This document shows positions 1 to 14,200 of a DNA stretch of 64,000 nt, piece by piece. Position numbers and translations under genes: made by a program. Under the pieces are notes generated by a model that saw only the letters and a program-made list of their open reading frames with translations, searched no databases and had not been told where the DNA came from. Source of the stretch: Balanoglossus misakiensis (lineage: Eukaryota > Animalia > Hemichordata); contig CM082597.2 in assembly GCA_040954595.2 (NCBI GenBank), forward strand, positions 7,465,849-7,529,848, read 5' to 3'. Numbering within the stretch: position 1 is the stretch's first letter; each line of letters starts with the position of its first letter.

Positions 1-90
1 CAGTAAAATTGGTCCTCCCAAACATTGTATTAATTGGGGGCACAAGCGCCCTCAGGCGGCTTGTGCCCCCATTGTTATTGTTGGAATTTT

Positions 91-290
91 TAGGGCCCAA
101 GCCAAGCAGGCTTGGGCCCTATTGGTATTGTTGGCTTTTTTAGGGCCCAAGCCAAGCAGGCTTGGGCCCTATTGGTATTGTTGGCTTTTTTTAGGGCCCA
201 AGCCAAGCAGGCTTGGGCCCTATTGGTATTGTTGGCTTTTTAGGGCCCAAGCCAAGCAGGCTTGGGCCCTATTGGTATTACTGGCTTTTT
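91..290. repeat. Four consecutive ~50-bp left termini of family-B non-autonomous Helentrons
   Basis: tagggcccaagccaagcaggcttgggcccta-ttggtatt(g/a)(t/c)tggc-T(n) occurs at 91, 141, 192 and 241. Each copy contains a palindromic hairpin. Confidence 0.9.
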
Positions 291-3200
291 TCTTCTTCTT
301 CTTCAGTCGTTTTTTCGGCCAGCTAGATCTGGAAAACGGCTGAACCTACAAATTTCAAAGTTGGCACAGTGGTGCAGGCCTATGAGAGCATGATCTGTAC
401 CCTTGTGAATGTTTAATAAGTCACGTGACCTGATGACCATATATGGGCAAATTTTTCAAATTGGCCTAATTTGCATATGAATTGAGATATCAAAATTCTG
501 TTAAGATACTTTGTGGACCATGTGGTCAGTGTCCTACATGCCAAATTTCAAGGCCGTGGGCCAAGTCCATTATGAGAAGAAGATTTTTAAGTATTATTTT
601 TCATATTTTTCGCCCAAGCCATGGGCCTATACTTCACATAGTTAAGCTATGACCACATATTATTTTGGATAAATATACATACATATCTCAAAATCTGTTC
701 AGCCGATCAACTCCAACTTTGGTGTGCAGCTAGCCTAGCATTTGTCAATCATTTTAAGCGAAAAAAAATAATATGAAAAATCAACCGATTTTTTTATATT
801 AATTTTTATATTAAATTTATACCTTTAGTTATACCTCCATAGTTAAGCTATGTCCACGTTTTATTGTGGAATTCTGGTCTGTGCAATGGTTCTGTAAAGT
901 GGCTGTCTTTTGGCCAGTGAGCAGAATGGGACCGAAATAAAAGGCAATATTTTGGGCTCACCTGTAACACCTGCTTAACTCATTAATTATGTACATACCT
1001 AATTCCGGGGTAACTAATAGGGCTAGAGGTTTCGTTCTTGTGGGACATGGACCAGTATTGGGTCATTAATTTTTTCCCAAATTTTGGGTGACCTCAGGTG
1101 ACCTTTGACCTACTTTCCTATATCTCGGCACCCAGAGCAGGTACAGACTTGGCGTTTGGAGGGTTGGGACTAAAATTGAAAAGCCAAGATGGGGGTCACC
1201 TGTGACACCTGCATATCTCATTAATTATGTGCATACCTAATTCCAGGCTAACCAATAGGGTTAGAGGTTTGATTTTTGTTTAACATGGACCAGTATGGAG
1301 TCAAAATTTCTTGCCCAAATTTTGGGTGACCTCAGGTGACCTTTGACCTACTTTACCATATCTTGGCATCCACAGCAGATACAGCCTTGGCATTTGGAAG
1401 GATGGAACTCCTGATGGAGCCTTACACTTTACCTCATTAATTATGCGCATACCTAATTGTAGGCGAACCAATTGGGCTAGAGATTTTGTTCTTGTGGGAC
1501 ATGGAGCAGTATGGGGTCAAAATTTCTTGCCCAAATATTAGGTGACCACTTATGACCTTTGACCTTCGGCTTAAGCTTGGGCCCGTCATCGCTGCTTGCA
1601 GCTATATTTTCTTCTACTTCTTCTTGTGTAGTTTTTTCGGCCAGGTAGATCTGGAGAACGGCTGAACCTACCAATTTCAAACTTAGCACAATGGTGCAGG
1701 CCAATGAGAGCTGGTGCAGTACCCTTGTGAATGTTTAATAAGTCATGTGACCTGATGACCATATATGGGCAAAATTTTCAAATCGGCCTAATTTGCATAT
1801 GAATTGAGATATCAAAATTCTGTTCAGATGCTTTGTGGACCACATGGCCAGGGTTCTACATGCCAAATGTCAAGGCCATAGGCCATGTCAATTTTGAGAA
1901 GAAGATTTTTAAGTATTATTTTTCATATTTTTCGCCCAAGCCATCGGCCTATACTTTACATAGTAAAGCTATGACCACATATTATTTTGGATAAATATGC
2001 ATACATATCTCAAAATCTGTTAGGCCGATCATCTCCAACTTTGGTGTGCAGCTAGCCTAGCATTTGTCAATAATTTTAAGCGAAAAAAAATACTATGAAA
2101 AATCGACCGATTTTTTTATATTAATTTTTTTATTAAATTTATACCTTTACTTATACCTCTATGGTTAAGCTATGTCCATGTCTTATTGTGGAATTCTGGT
2201 CTGTGCAATAGTCCTGTACAGTGACTGTCTATTGGTGTGTGAGCACAATGGCACCAAAATAAAAGGCACAATTTTAGGCTCACCTGTAACACCTGCTTAA
2301 CTCATTTATTATGTGCATACCTAATTCTGGGCTAACTAAGAGGGCTAGAGGTTTCATTCTTGTGGGACATGGACCAGTATAGGGTCAAAATTTCTTGCCC
2401 AAATGTTGGGTGACCTCAGGTGACCTTTGACCTACTTTCCTATATCTCGGCATCCAGAGCAGGTACAGACTTGGCGTTTGGAGGGTTGGGACTAAAATTG
2501 AAAAACCAAATTGGGGGTCACCTGTGACACCTGCATATCTCATTAATTATGTGCATACCTAATTCCAGGGTAACCAATAGGGCTATAGGTTTGGTTTTTG
2601 TTGAACATGGACCAGTATAGGGTAAAGATTTCTTGCCCAAATTTTGCATGACCTCAGGTGACCTTTGACCTACTTTACCAGATCTCGGCATCCAGAGCAG
2701 GTACAGACTTGGCGTTTGGAGGGTTGGGATTAAAATTGAAAAGCCAAAATTGAGGGTCACCTGTGGCACCTGCCTACCTCATTAATTATGTGCATACCTA
2801 ATTCCAGGCTAACCAATAAGACTATAGGTTTGGTTTTTGTTGAACATGGACCAGTATAGGGTCAAAATTTCTCACCCAAATTTTGCATGACCTCAGGTGA
2901 CCTTTGACCTACTTTACCGTATCTTGGCATCCAGAGCAGATATGCTTATTGCTATGTTGCTATGTGCTATGTTGGCTTGGGCCCGCCATTGCTGCTTGCA
3001 GCTATATTCTTCTACTTCTTCTTGTGTAGTTTTTTCGGCCAGGTAGATCTGGAGAACGGCTGAACCTACCAACTTCAAACTTAGCACAATGGTGCAGGCC
3101 AATGAGAGCTGGTGCAGTACCCTTGTGAATGTTTAATAAGTCATGTGACCTGATGACCATATATGGGCAAAATTTTCAAATCGGCCTAATTTGCATATGA

Positions 3201-5813
3201 ATTGAGATATCAAAATTCTGTTCAGATGCTTTGTGGACCACATGGCCAGGGTTCTACATGCCAAATGTCAAGGCCATAGGCCATGTCAATTTTGAGAAGA
3301 AGATTTTTAAGTATTATTTTTCATATTTTTCGCCCAAGCTATGTGCCTATACTTTACATAGTTAAGCTATGACAACATATTATTTTGGATAAATATGCAT
3401 ACATATCTCAAAATCTGTTAGGCCTATCATCTCCAACTTTGGTGTGCAGCTAGCCTAGCATTTGTCAATAATTTTAAGCGGAAAAAAATAATATGAAAAA
3501 TCGACCGATTTTTTTATATTAATTTTTTTATTAAATTTATACCTTTACTTATACCTCTATGGTTAAGCTATGTCCATGTCTTATTGTGGAATTCTGGTCT
3601 GTGCAATAGTCTTGTACCGTGACTATCTATTGGTCAGTGAGAACAATGGCACCAAAATAAAAGGCAAAATTTTAGGCTCACCTGTAACACCTGCTTAACT
3701 CATTAATTATGTGCATACCTAATTCTGGGCTAACTAAGAGGGCTAGAGGTTTCGTTCTTGTGGGACATGGACCAGTATAGGGTCAAAATTTCTTGCCCAA
3801 ATTTTGGGTGACCTCAGGTGACCTTTGACCTACTTTCCTATATCTCGGCATCCAGACCAGGTACAGACTTGGCGTTTGGAGGGTTGGGACTAAAATTGAA
3901 AAGCCAAAATGGGGGTCACCTGTGACACCTGTATATCTCATTTATTATGTGCATACCTAATTCCAGGCTAACCAATAGGGCTATAGGTTTGGTTTTTGTT
4001 GAACATGGACCAGTATAGGTTCAAAATTTCTTGCCCAAATTTTGCTTGACCTCGGCTGACCTTTGACCTACTTTACCAGATCTTGGAATCCAGAGCAGGT
4101 ACAGACTTGGCGTTTGGAGGGTTGGGACTAAAATTGAAAAGCCAAAATTGGGGATCACCTGTGACACCTGCCTACCTCATTAATTATGTGCATACCTAAT
4201 TCCAGGCTAACCAATAGGGCTATAGGTTTGGTTTTTGTTGAACATGGACCAGTATAGGGTCAAAATTTCTTGCCCAAATTTTGCATGACCTCAGGTGACC
4301 TTTGACCTACTTTACCATATCTTGGCATCCAGAGCAGATATGCTTATTGCTATGTTGCTATGTGCTATGTTGGCTTGGGCCCGCCATTGCTGCTTGCAGC
4401 TATATTTCTTCTACTTCTTCTTGTGTAGTTTTTTCGGCCAGGTAGATCTGGAGAACGGCTGAACCTACCAATTTCAAACTTAGCACAATGGTGCAGGCCA
4501 ATGAGAGCTGGTGCAGTACCCTTGTGAATGTTTAATAAGTCATGTGACCTGATGACTATATATGGGCAAAATTTTCAAATCGGCCTAATTTGCATATGAA
4601 TTGAGATATCAAAATTCTGTTCAGATGCTTTGTGGACCACATGGCCAGGGTTCTACATGCCAAATGTCAAGGCCATAGGCCATGTCAATTTTGAGAAGAA
4701 GATTTTTAAGTATTATTTTTCATATTTTTCGCCCAAGCCATGTGCCTATACTTTACATAGTTAAGCTATGACAACATATTATTTTGGATAAATATGCATA
4801 CATATCTCAAAATCTGTTAGGCCGATCATCTCCAACTTTGGTGTGCAGCTAGCCTAGCATTTGTCAATAATTTTAAGCGGAAAAAAATAATATGAAAAAT
4901 CGACCGATTTTTTTATATTAATTTTTTTATTAAATTTATACCTTTACTTATACTTCTATGGTTAAGCTATGTCCATGTCTTATTGTGGAATTCTGGTCTG
5001 TGCAATAGTCTTGTACAGTGACTATCTATTGGTCAGTGAGCACAATGGCACCAAAATAAAAGGCAAAATTTTAGGCTCACCTGTAACACCTGCTTAACTC
5101 ATTAATTATGTGCATACCTAATTCTGGGCTAACTAAGAGGGCTAGAGGTTTCGTTCTTGTGGGACATGGACCCGTATAGGGTCAAAATTTCTTGCCCAAA
5201 TTTTGGGTGACCTCAGGTGACCTTTGACCTACTTTCCTATATCTCGGCATCCAGACCAGGTACAGACTTAGCGTTTGGAGGGTTGGGACTAAAATTGAAA
5301 AGCCAAAATGGGGGTCACCTGTGACACCTGTATATCTCATTTATTATGTGCATACCTAATTCCAGGCTAACCAATAGGGCTATAGGTTTGGTTTTTGTTG
5401 AACATGGACCAGTATAGGTTCAAAATTTCTTGCCCAAATTTTGCTTGACCTCGGCTGACCTTTGACCTACTTTACCAGATCTTGGCATCCAGAGCAGGTA
5501 CAGACTTGGCGTTTGGAGGGTTGGGACTAAAATTGAAAAGCCAAAATTGGGGATCACCTGTGACACCTGCCTACCTCATTAATTATGTGCATACCTAATT
5601 CCAGGCTAACCAATAGGGCTATAGGTTTGGTTTTTGTTGAACATGGACCAGTATAGGGTCAAAATTTCTTGCCCAAATTTTGCATGACCTCAGGTGACCT
5701 TTGACCTACTTTACCATATCTTGGCATCCAGAGCAGATATGCTTATTGCTATGTTGCTATGTGCTATGTGATATGTTGGCTTGGGCCCGCTATTGCTGCT
5801 TGCAGCTATATTT
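92..5813 (-). mobile_element. Stack of four nested non-autonomous Helentron (HINE/DINE-1-like) elements, family B, about 1.4 kb each
   Basis: Four left hairpins are followed by four bodies (about 291-1610, 1611-3008, 3009-4407, 4408-5813). Each body ends in gcttgggccc (subTIR), then gctgcttgcagc (hairpin), then tatatt. Each body contains about three ~240-bp internal subrepeats. Confidence 0.88.
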
Positions 5814-8501
5814 CTTTATTATTATTAGGGGCACAAGCCTATCGGGCTTGTGCCCCTATTGGTATTGTTGGAATTTTTCTTTATTATTATTATTATTATT
5901 ATTATTCTTCTTCTTCTTCTTCTTCCGAGAAATTCGGCCAGGTAGATCTGGAAAACCGCTGCACCTAGGGGGCTGAAACTTGGTAGGGTGATAGGGGCCA
6001 ATGAGTAGACGTGCAGTGGCTCGTGAATATTTAATTAGTCACGTGACCTGGCGGCCATATTGGATTTCCTGAAAATCGTTAAACGAGTCCTTCTCAAAAA
6101 CTGCTGGGCCGATCGAGTTCAAATTTGGTGTGCAGGTAGCCTACCTTCTGTCCATCATTTTACCACATTGAAATCATGATGTCACACATACAGTTTTTTT
6201 GCTACAATTGTTTTTCTGAAAAACTACTTAAAACTTTAAAAATCTTCTTCTCCAGAACCAGCCATTGCCGAGTTACGGGATTCGGGGTATGTGGTCACCT
6301 AACCTATGTCTATCAAGTTTGCGAAGCGCACTGTGATTGGTCGATCATTATGGCGGCCATGTTGGATTATCGGAAAACCATTGAAAAACGAAAATTCCGT
6401 TTTGTAGCCAAAATGTTGACAGCACGGAAATTCTATTTTTGGATATGAGTCATCATATGACCGGAAGTTGTCACAATTTTTGGGGGCAATTTTCACATGA
6501 CCTTTGACCCAGTTTTAAAACAACTAATTATATATGCATATTCCCCATACCTCCTCTTGTCAAAGCACCACAGTCATGAATTTTGTGGACATATGTACCA
6601 ATGCTGCCAGGACATGACAGAAATATTTTGGTAATTTTGGCAATGACCCTTGACCTATTTCTGAAACATCATTTTTCTGCATATCTAATTCCAGGCTAAC
6701 CAATAGGGCTAGAGGTCTGGTTTTAGTTGGACATGGCCCACTCTTGGGTCAAAATTTTATGCCCAAATTTTGGGTGACCTTGGATGACCTTTGATCTACT
6801 TTCCCATATCTCAGCATCCACAGCAGTTAGAGTCCTGGCTTTTGAGGGGCCGATGGAGCACATATGGAGTCTTACACAAGACCTCATTAATTATGCACAT
6901 ACCTAATTCTAGGCGAACCAATAGAGCTAGGGGTCTGGTTTTTGTTGGGCCTATTTCCGATACATCATTTTTCTGCATATCTAACTCCAAGCTAACCAAT
7001 CGGGTTGGAGGTTTAGTTTTTGTTGGACATAGACCATTCTGGGGTAAAAATTTTAAGCCCAAATTTTGGCTGACCTCATGTGATGTTTGACCTACTTTCC
7101 CATATCTCGGTATCCACAGCAGATACAGCCTTGGTATTCGCTGGTTACCTCAGGAGACTTTTGACCTTCTTTCCCATATCACAGCATCCAGAGCACATAC
7201 AGCCTTGGCATTTGGGAGGGATTGAACACCTAATGGAGTCTTACACCTGACCTCATTAATTAGCACATATCTAATTAAAGGCTAAATAGTAAGTAGAGGT
7301 ACGTTTTTTGCTGGACATGGACCAGTAAAATTTCGGGTGACCTTTGCTGACCTTTGACTTACTTTCACATATCTTGGCATCCACAGCAGATACAGCCTCG
7401 GCAATTGGAGGCATTGAACACCTAATGAAGTCTTACACTTTGACTCAAAAAATAAATCAGTTATTTTTTATTTTTCCTTTTCGTATTGTTTGGGTTGATT
7501 TGAATCAGGCTCCAGGCCCACAGAAAAATATATATAAATACATGACACCAATACACACAAAGCTTACAAGTACAATAATTACCGTAGTATAAAATATTGC
7601 TCCAGTGTCTACACAGTAGACACTCTATATATGTACAGGCATAGATATTCTTAATATAGAGATTCTCAGAGGTGCATAGGACTAGGTGGATGCGCGAATG
7701 TGATGAATACAACAGGTTGGTAGGTCTACACAGATTGCAATGTTGCTGAAGTGGCATCCCCTGTATAATGGATTTGCTGAAGAGTGAACTGTTCCTAGTT
7801 TTGCTGAACTGGTCGTGTAGTAGTGAATAGATTGGAGTGACACAGAAAACAAGTAGAGTTCAGTCTTGTAGGCACTCCCAGTGAGTTGTGAAAGTCAACT
7901 GACTATTTCCACATAAAGGTAGCCAGAACTGATTGACCTGCTTGAACTGTGTATTCAAATTTCTATTGTTTGCACTTAAGTTCATCAGACACCATCATCA
8001 ACTTCACCTAAGTAGTAAATACCAGGTGTGAACATATCAATATGCAAATGGGAAGAACCCAGTCATTCAAACTTCCATGAAATCTTATGAAATCATTTTG
8101 CTGATGTCAGTGCACTACAATGGTCCTTCTGGAAACTGTTCAACTTATCAAATCATCGCCTGACACTAGAAAAGTAAATCATGGTTTGGTGATAACAGGT
8201 GACATCTTCTGGAAAACAATTCTTTATCTGATTCGAGTGTGGCTATCATTAACGTAGCCCATTGTTAGCTCTCTAACAAACAAGACCACTAAGATCTGTA
8301 TACTTACTAGGGATAGTGTTACATGAATGTTAAAGCCATAATTATTGAACACACCTGTCTCCCAATACATTTGGTATTCTAAGTATATGTATGGGTCAGT
8401 GCAGGTCACGTGAACATATAAATCACCTATTGACAATAATAGCATATGGAAATAAACAAACCAATGACAATAATTTAAACATCAAGGTATGAATACACTT
8501 A

Positions 8502-8697
8502 CAGTCAAACCTGTGTTAGTGACCACCTCTATATAGTGACCACCTCTATATAGTGGCCACTTAGTTACAGTCCCTGTACAATTTACATGTGTATAAATTA
8601 ACCTGTCTATAAAGACCACCTGTCTATAAAGACCACCTGTCTATAAAGGCCAGTTTGGTAAAGTCCCTTGACTGGTCACTATAGACAGGTTTGACTG
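8502..8697. mobile_element. Tc1/mariner/pogo-type MITE inside the Helentron
   Basis: TIR cagtcaaacctgt...acaggtttgactg with TA on both sides. Internal gaccacct repeats. Confidence 0.8.
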
Positions 8698-10874
8698 TAC
8701 ATAAGTTCTTCCAATAAGTGCTGTGACTATTTTTAAAATAATTCAGATATTTATACTGTAGTACTAATAGGAACACATTTTATGAAAGTTGATGTCCTTG
8801 TCTACTACGTTTGTTATTTTTCTAACAAATCAAATATGACATAAAAAGTAAATAATTAATGACACGCCCGTGATGCAAAACTGATAGTGTCAGTGTTGGT
8901 GGGTTACATTGGATCTGTCAATAACCAAGCTCATACTAAATGTTTGCGATTAAAGCGATAGTGAGATATTTCAGTGTACAGTGTTTGATTTATTCACACT
9001 GGTTCAGTTATTGCTACTGCAGTTAAAGCATGTTATTAGTACATATATAGCAATGATGATTCACAGAATACAAGTCTGAATACCAGATATCAAGGATAAT
9101 TTTGGGATTGCCATTCATAGGATGTTTTTCTTGGTGCGTGTACCCCTAAAAATTAAGTCTCAGATGGGCAATTTGTATTGTTTTCTAAAAGCAAACGTCA
9201 TATGGGGACATTGGTTTTTGTTTTATTCTATAAAACACCATACGGTACTATACTTCAGACAGGTTATTAAAATCGCTTCACAAATGTCTGTATAATGATT
9301 TTAACTTCAGTGTATTAAGCCATTCATGACAGCCTCAGAGACACAAAAGTAGACAGTGGTAATATGTAGTCATTCTGTAGATAACATAGTGAAAATAGAT
9401 AAAAATATATTTCAAACATTTACAAAATGGAATTGAACATTGATAAACCTAGGCTACCCTGGTGCTAATGTTTTTCTACTTATAAATCAATGTTTTACAC
9501 ATTTCCCCCAATGGTACTTTACATACAGTGTAATAAAACATCAATTAGAAATATTAAGTTGTGTAATCATACTTAAATTAACCTTCTTCCTAGAGAATTT
9601 TCAATGCACCATTTACCAACTTCCATTTCATTGTCAACAGAATGAAAATGCTTTGGTACATGATTGAAATCTTTCATTCAAGCTTTACTATATTTTTTGC
9701 AATTTTGGCAAATTTCTCATTATTAACTTGACACGTACAATGGTTTCTTTAAATAAACCTTACTGATGGGTATTTACATAAAACATAGTGTGAACCTCTG
9801 ATTCAGGCTGCATAATAAATATGACTAACTTGAATGATTAACAGATGCTACATCCATCTATTCTGCAGTCCCGCATTGTACGAGTACACACTCATTCTAG
9901 TATGCACATGGATATTGGAATCTGCACATATTCCAAATGTTGTTGTCTGTATACATATAGGATCAGATGATGGGTGAAATATGCCAGCACAGTGTTCTCC
10001 AAAGAACAATTAAAGCATGGTGGCTACCACTCTTATTCTTCAATTTTGAGAAAGCAATATCACTAACATAATGATTACATTGTTATGGATATTATCCACC
10101 TAACTTTCCCAAAATCCTGTGGAGAACACTGTGTAAGCAGTAATGCAAACAAGGCAATTGGGACTGTTATTACTCACACTTTTGATATGATATATTGTCT
10201 GTTAATTACAGTAACAAAGTGTCAGGTTGGAATTATGACATACATTCATGTAGGACTAAAACTGTGAGTTTTGATGAAATCAGGTGAAATACATATCTCA
10301 ATTGACAGTACTGGAATAAATAAAATCATCAAGAAATGACAGTCGGGTGCATTTAATGGATAACATCACAACAACATGGTCACACCCATAACATTTTGGG
10401 TATAGTCAAATAAAAGTCATGTCATGCATCAGAAATCATAAACGGCCACCACTGACTTCTTTTTTTGTAGCACGTTATAAATTGGTGTGCTTTAATATAC
10501 ATCAATAAGCAGGTATGTGTGCACAATGACCTACAACATGATAATATCATGTCACTATAATGATGATCCATGTAAATGATTGCATGTGAACATGTCATTT
10601 CAATGAAATCACTGCAGCCATGTCAAACAAATGGCTCTGAAATGATAGACAATCAAATATTAGTCTCCCATCACACAAAAACAGTAAAAGCTTGATATCA
10701 AATGTGACAATTAGCACCAGGGTAACCTAAGAGTAACATATTAATTTGTTTACAACCCCCCCCCCCCCCAACAATTCCCAAATGGGGACCCGTAAGTCTC
10801 AAACCCCATTATCCCTCCCACCAGTTGTATGTAACACGGGTTTAAATTACTATATGCATAATGCCTTAATGATG

Positions 10875-11263
10875 TTAATGCTGATGGCTTAATGTAAACT
10901 GACAGAAGTACTTTGGCAGTATTTCAACTCCAATATTTTCTGTTCCTTTCACATACACATGGTCAATCAATGTACAAGCTTCTGTAGTTGGATTGCTCAA
11001 ATGTTGCTTGAAACCAAGGTCTTGCATTACATTGACAAGAGATGATGAAAATATTTTCATTGATGTCACCCATGATCACTGAAGCACCTGGATACATTTA
11101 CATTTCCTTTCATCAACAGAAGTAAGTTTTTCCTGAACACCTCTGCTTTATATGATGGTGGTCTTAAATTACTGCTACCACCGTATTGGTGATTGAATTT
11201 CAATCCATTCACTGGTACCTCACTTGTATTAAATTTGCTTCTCAGATCACCATGTTTGGTCAA
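10875..11263 (-). pseudogene. Degenerate duplicate of the 3' (APE endonuclease) end of the RepHel ORF
   Basis: Broken frames read RPPSYKAEVFRKNLLLL and GFKQHLSNPTTEACTLIDHVYVKG. These parallel RPSSYKAVAFRKNLLLL and GFKQHVSKPTTEAGTLIDHVYVKG in the main ORF. The copy has an internal deletion and frameshifts. Confidence 0.85.
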
Positions 11264-11289
11264 ACATTGTAGATATTACAATGAGTCTT

Positions 11290-14200
11290 TCAATAGATTT
11301 TAATGCTGATGGCTTCATGAAAACTGAAGTACTTTGGCACAATGTCAACTTCCACCTTTCCTGCTCCTTTCACATACACATGGTCAATCAATGTACCAGC
11401 TTCTGTGGTTGGTTTGCTCACGTGTTGTTTGAAACCATGGTCTTCCATGAGTTTCACAAGAGACGATGAGGTTAAAATATTGTCATTGAAATCACCCATG
11501 ATCACTGTAGCACCTGAATACTTTGACATTTCCTTCACCAACAGAAGAAGGTTTTTCCTGAATGCGACTGCTTTATAGGATGATGGTCTGTAAATTACTG
11601 CTACCACCGTGTTGATGTCTTTGACATAAAATGTAAGATATTCCAAGTTACTAACAGGCAAATCCAAAATTTCAACAGATTGACTTCCTTTGACGTAGAG
11701 GCCAACACCACCATGATGTTGCAACTGCAACTGTGAAGTATTCATATCAAAGTTGTTATACGATTTTGACCGAGGCTTGTGACTGAATTCAAATCCATTC
11801 ACTATCACATCACATTTTGTCTGGTTTTCAGTTAGCCATGTTTCCGTCAAACAAATAAAGTCTGACTCCAAGTATTCCTTGCCACTACGAATATCTTCCA
11901 TGTGGTTCAGAAGACCTTCAACATTATGAAGTATAAAAGAGCATCTATAGTTTGGCTGTAATTGCTCAAAGCACCCATCAACAAACTTTGGCATCATTTC
12001 CAAGGCTGCTTGAACCTTTTCATTGCAATATATAGAAGATGTCTTAAATTCATCAATTATTAGCCCATCTAATGATGTCACTCGACTCAATGCAACATAT
12101 GCCTGTCCTGGTGCAAACATCTTCTTTAAACTGACAACAGCTTTTTCAACTGTTAATCCCTGTACCTTATGCACTGTACATGCCCATGCTAGTTTCAGAG
12201 GAAATTGTCTCCTAATACCACCATTACTTGCAACAGACATTTCCTGAGGTTCTATACGGGTGGTGTTTTCAGGAAGGTCAGATATATTTACACGGTTCTT
12301 GTTTCGCAATCCTTGGCCAACTTTCACATTGTCAAATACAACATAAACAGCAGTTGGAAAGCTTTCATTTGGTTTCACATCAATGTGACATACTGATCCA
12401 AATACACCATTCACCAATCCATCAGAGACATCAATATTTTGTGTCAGTTGCACTCGTGCACCCTTAGCTAGAGTGAGAGTCTTTGGTAAAGTGGTCCTAT
12501 AGACCTTGGCATGATGGCCTTCCTTTCTTTGGAGTTTCCCAGTCTTAGTATTCTTACTAAAATCTTGTGCTTCAATACATACAGGATCAGAGCACAAGGA
12601 ATGTAGCATTGTGATATTGCAATTGTTGACTTCTGCATTTGTAGCAAAGATGTGAATTGCCTCAGATGCTTCACCAGTCACACGGTTATTGAACATTTCT
12701 AGATCATTTGCACTCAGTGTGTGCCCTTTCTTGTGAATTCTTACTCTATTTAGTGCTTCTGCAAATGCACAGTCCTTTTGTCTCATTATTTCAGTGAGTT
12801 CCACAATTTTGAAATTATTCCACATATTGATGGCATCATTTTCCACACACAGTGGACTTGCTTTCACAGGTGGCAGCTGATAAAAGTCACCCACAGCAAT
12901 AACACACACATTTCCAAATGGTGAACCACTTGGTGTTTGTTTGATTTGACGTAATCGTCCATGTACGTAGTGAAATAATTTTCTGTCTACCATAGAAATC
13001 TCATCTATTATTAAAATCTGAAGATTTCCCAATTTGGAACGAAGAGTGTTGAGTTTTTCTTCACGTAGTGGCTCATATGGTAGTTTTGAGTCTACTGCTA
13101 TTGAAAATGCATGATGGAGAGTTTCACCTCCTACATTAAATGCTGCAACTCCAGTTGAGGCTGTTACCTGTATTGATTTTTCATCTGGGTTAGCCATTAC
13201 ACGAGATAGAATTCGTTTGGCTTCATGATATATGGTTTTGATTAAATGGCTTTTCCCTGTGCCAGCACCACCACTGACAAACAAATAAAGAGGTTCTGGG
13301 TTCTTGCCATTGCTTTTATCCAGACACCACTGTCTGACATTATAAAAGACTTCTGCCTGTTTCCTGTTCAGTGACCTACACATTGCTTGAACATCAGCCC
13401 TCCTTACTTCAGAGGTAGAAATTTCTATGTGGCAATCACCTTTTGGTTTGTGCACCAAATCTGGAATATCCTCCTCATTTACATCATCATCAGGCAATTG
13501 TTGACGTTCATCAATGCATTCTAATCTGTCTATTTCACTTTCTGGACAGATTTGGGCCCATGCGTCTTCCAGAGGACCACTTCCTTCAAGGAGCTCTTCA
13601 GCTAAATCAACGGCATCAGCCTCTTTCTCAAACATTGCTTTATTTGCATCTACTATGACTTTCACTGTTTGTATAGAAGCAGATCCACACTTCACTGCAC
13701 CCGCAGAATAGAAATTTTCATATGTTTCAAACCCATTTGGTTTCAATTGGGAATCAACCCAGTGTGGCAAGAAGAGTTCTAACATAGTGCGGTAATACTT
13801 TTCTGGAAATTTGGTCACAGAAAATCTTGCATATCTAATGACAGCTGGATCAGTTCGAGATCGTTTTTGCATGTAACCTGCACCATTTTCCAACTTGACT
13901 ATTGGATTTGCACGTTTCTCAGTGGTGGTATTTGTCACTTCTGATTTTGACACTATTCGATATTCTGAACAAAATGTCGCAAGACACATGTCGTCAAACT
14001 CGTCATCATTTGGTCTGTTCTTGTATCTGTCTACAATGCTATTGTACCAGATATCATCCTCATTCAAATCATCTCCTGTCATTTTGCTACGTATTACACT
14101 CAATGGCAAACTCATTTTGATAGGGGTTTCTCCAGTTGGAATGAACTGGACTTTTCGAGATGACTGCTTCAGTTTCAATCCACACAGTCTATATACAGCC

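Noticed and set aside
30-35. TTAATT at both junctions (30-35 and 24793-24798) as a 6-bp target-site duplication
   Set aside because: The inner family-A element also ends gcagctttaatt (23597-23608) in a different target, so the motif belongs to the element end. Helentrons insert in TT without a true TSD.
91-290. Palindromic ~30-bp repeats with ~20-bp gaps resembling a CRISPR array
   Set aside because: The gaps are near-identical rather than unique spacers, there are no cas genes, the context is eukaryotic, and the repeats are explained as stacked Helentron left ends.
291-5813. Simple 1.4-kb satellite or head-to-tail rolling-circle concatemer
   Set aside because: The units lack their own left hairpins. 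Those are all grouped at 91-290 in equal number, which fits nesting.
122-7090. Short ORFs in the HINE repeats, including poly-Y/S/L/F ORFs at 5701-5976
   Set aside because: They are translations of hairpins and microsatellites and are not kept open between copies.
7460-8250. Possible decayed LINE 3' fragment inside the Helentron
   Set aside because: There is only a vague resemblance and an A-rich end, and I could not read a convincing RT motif. It needs a Repbase or Dfam search.
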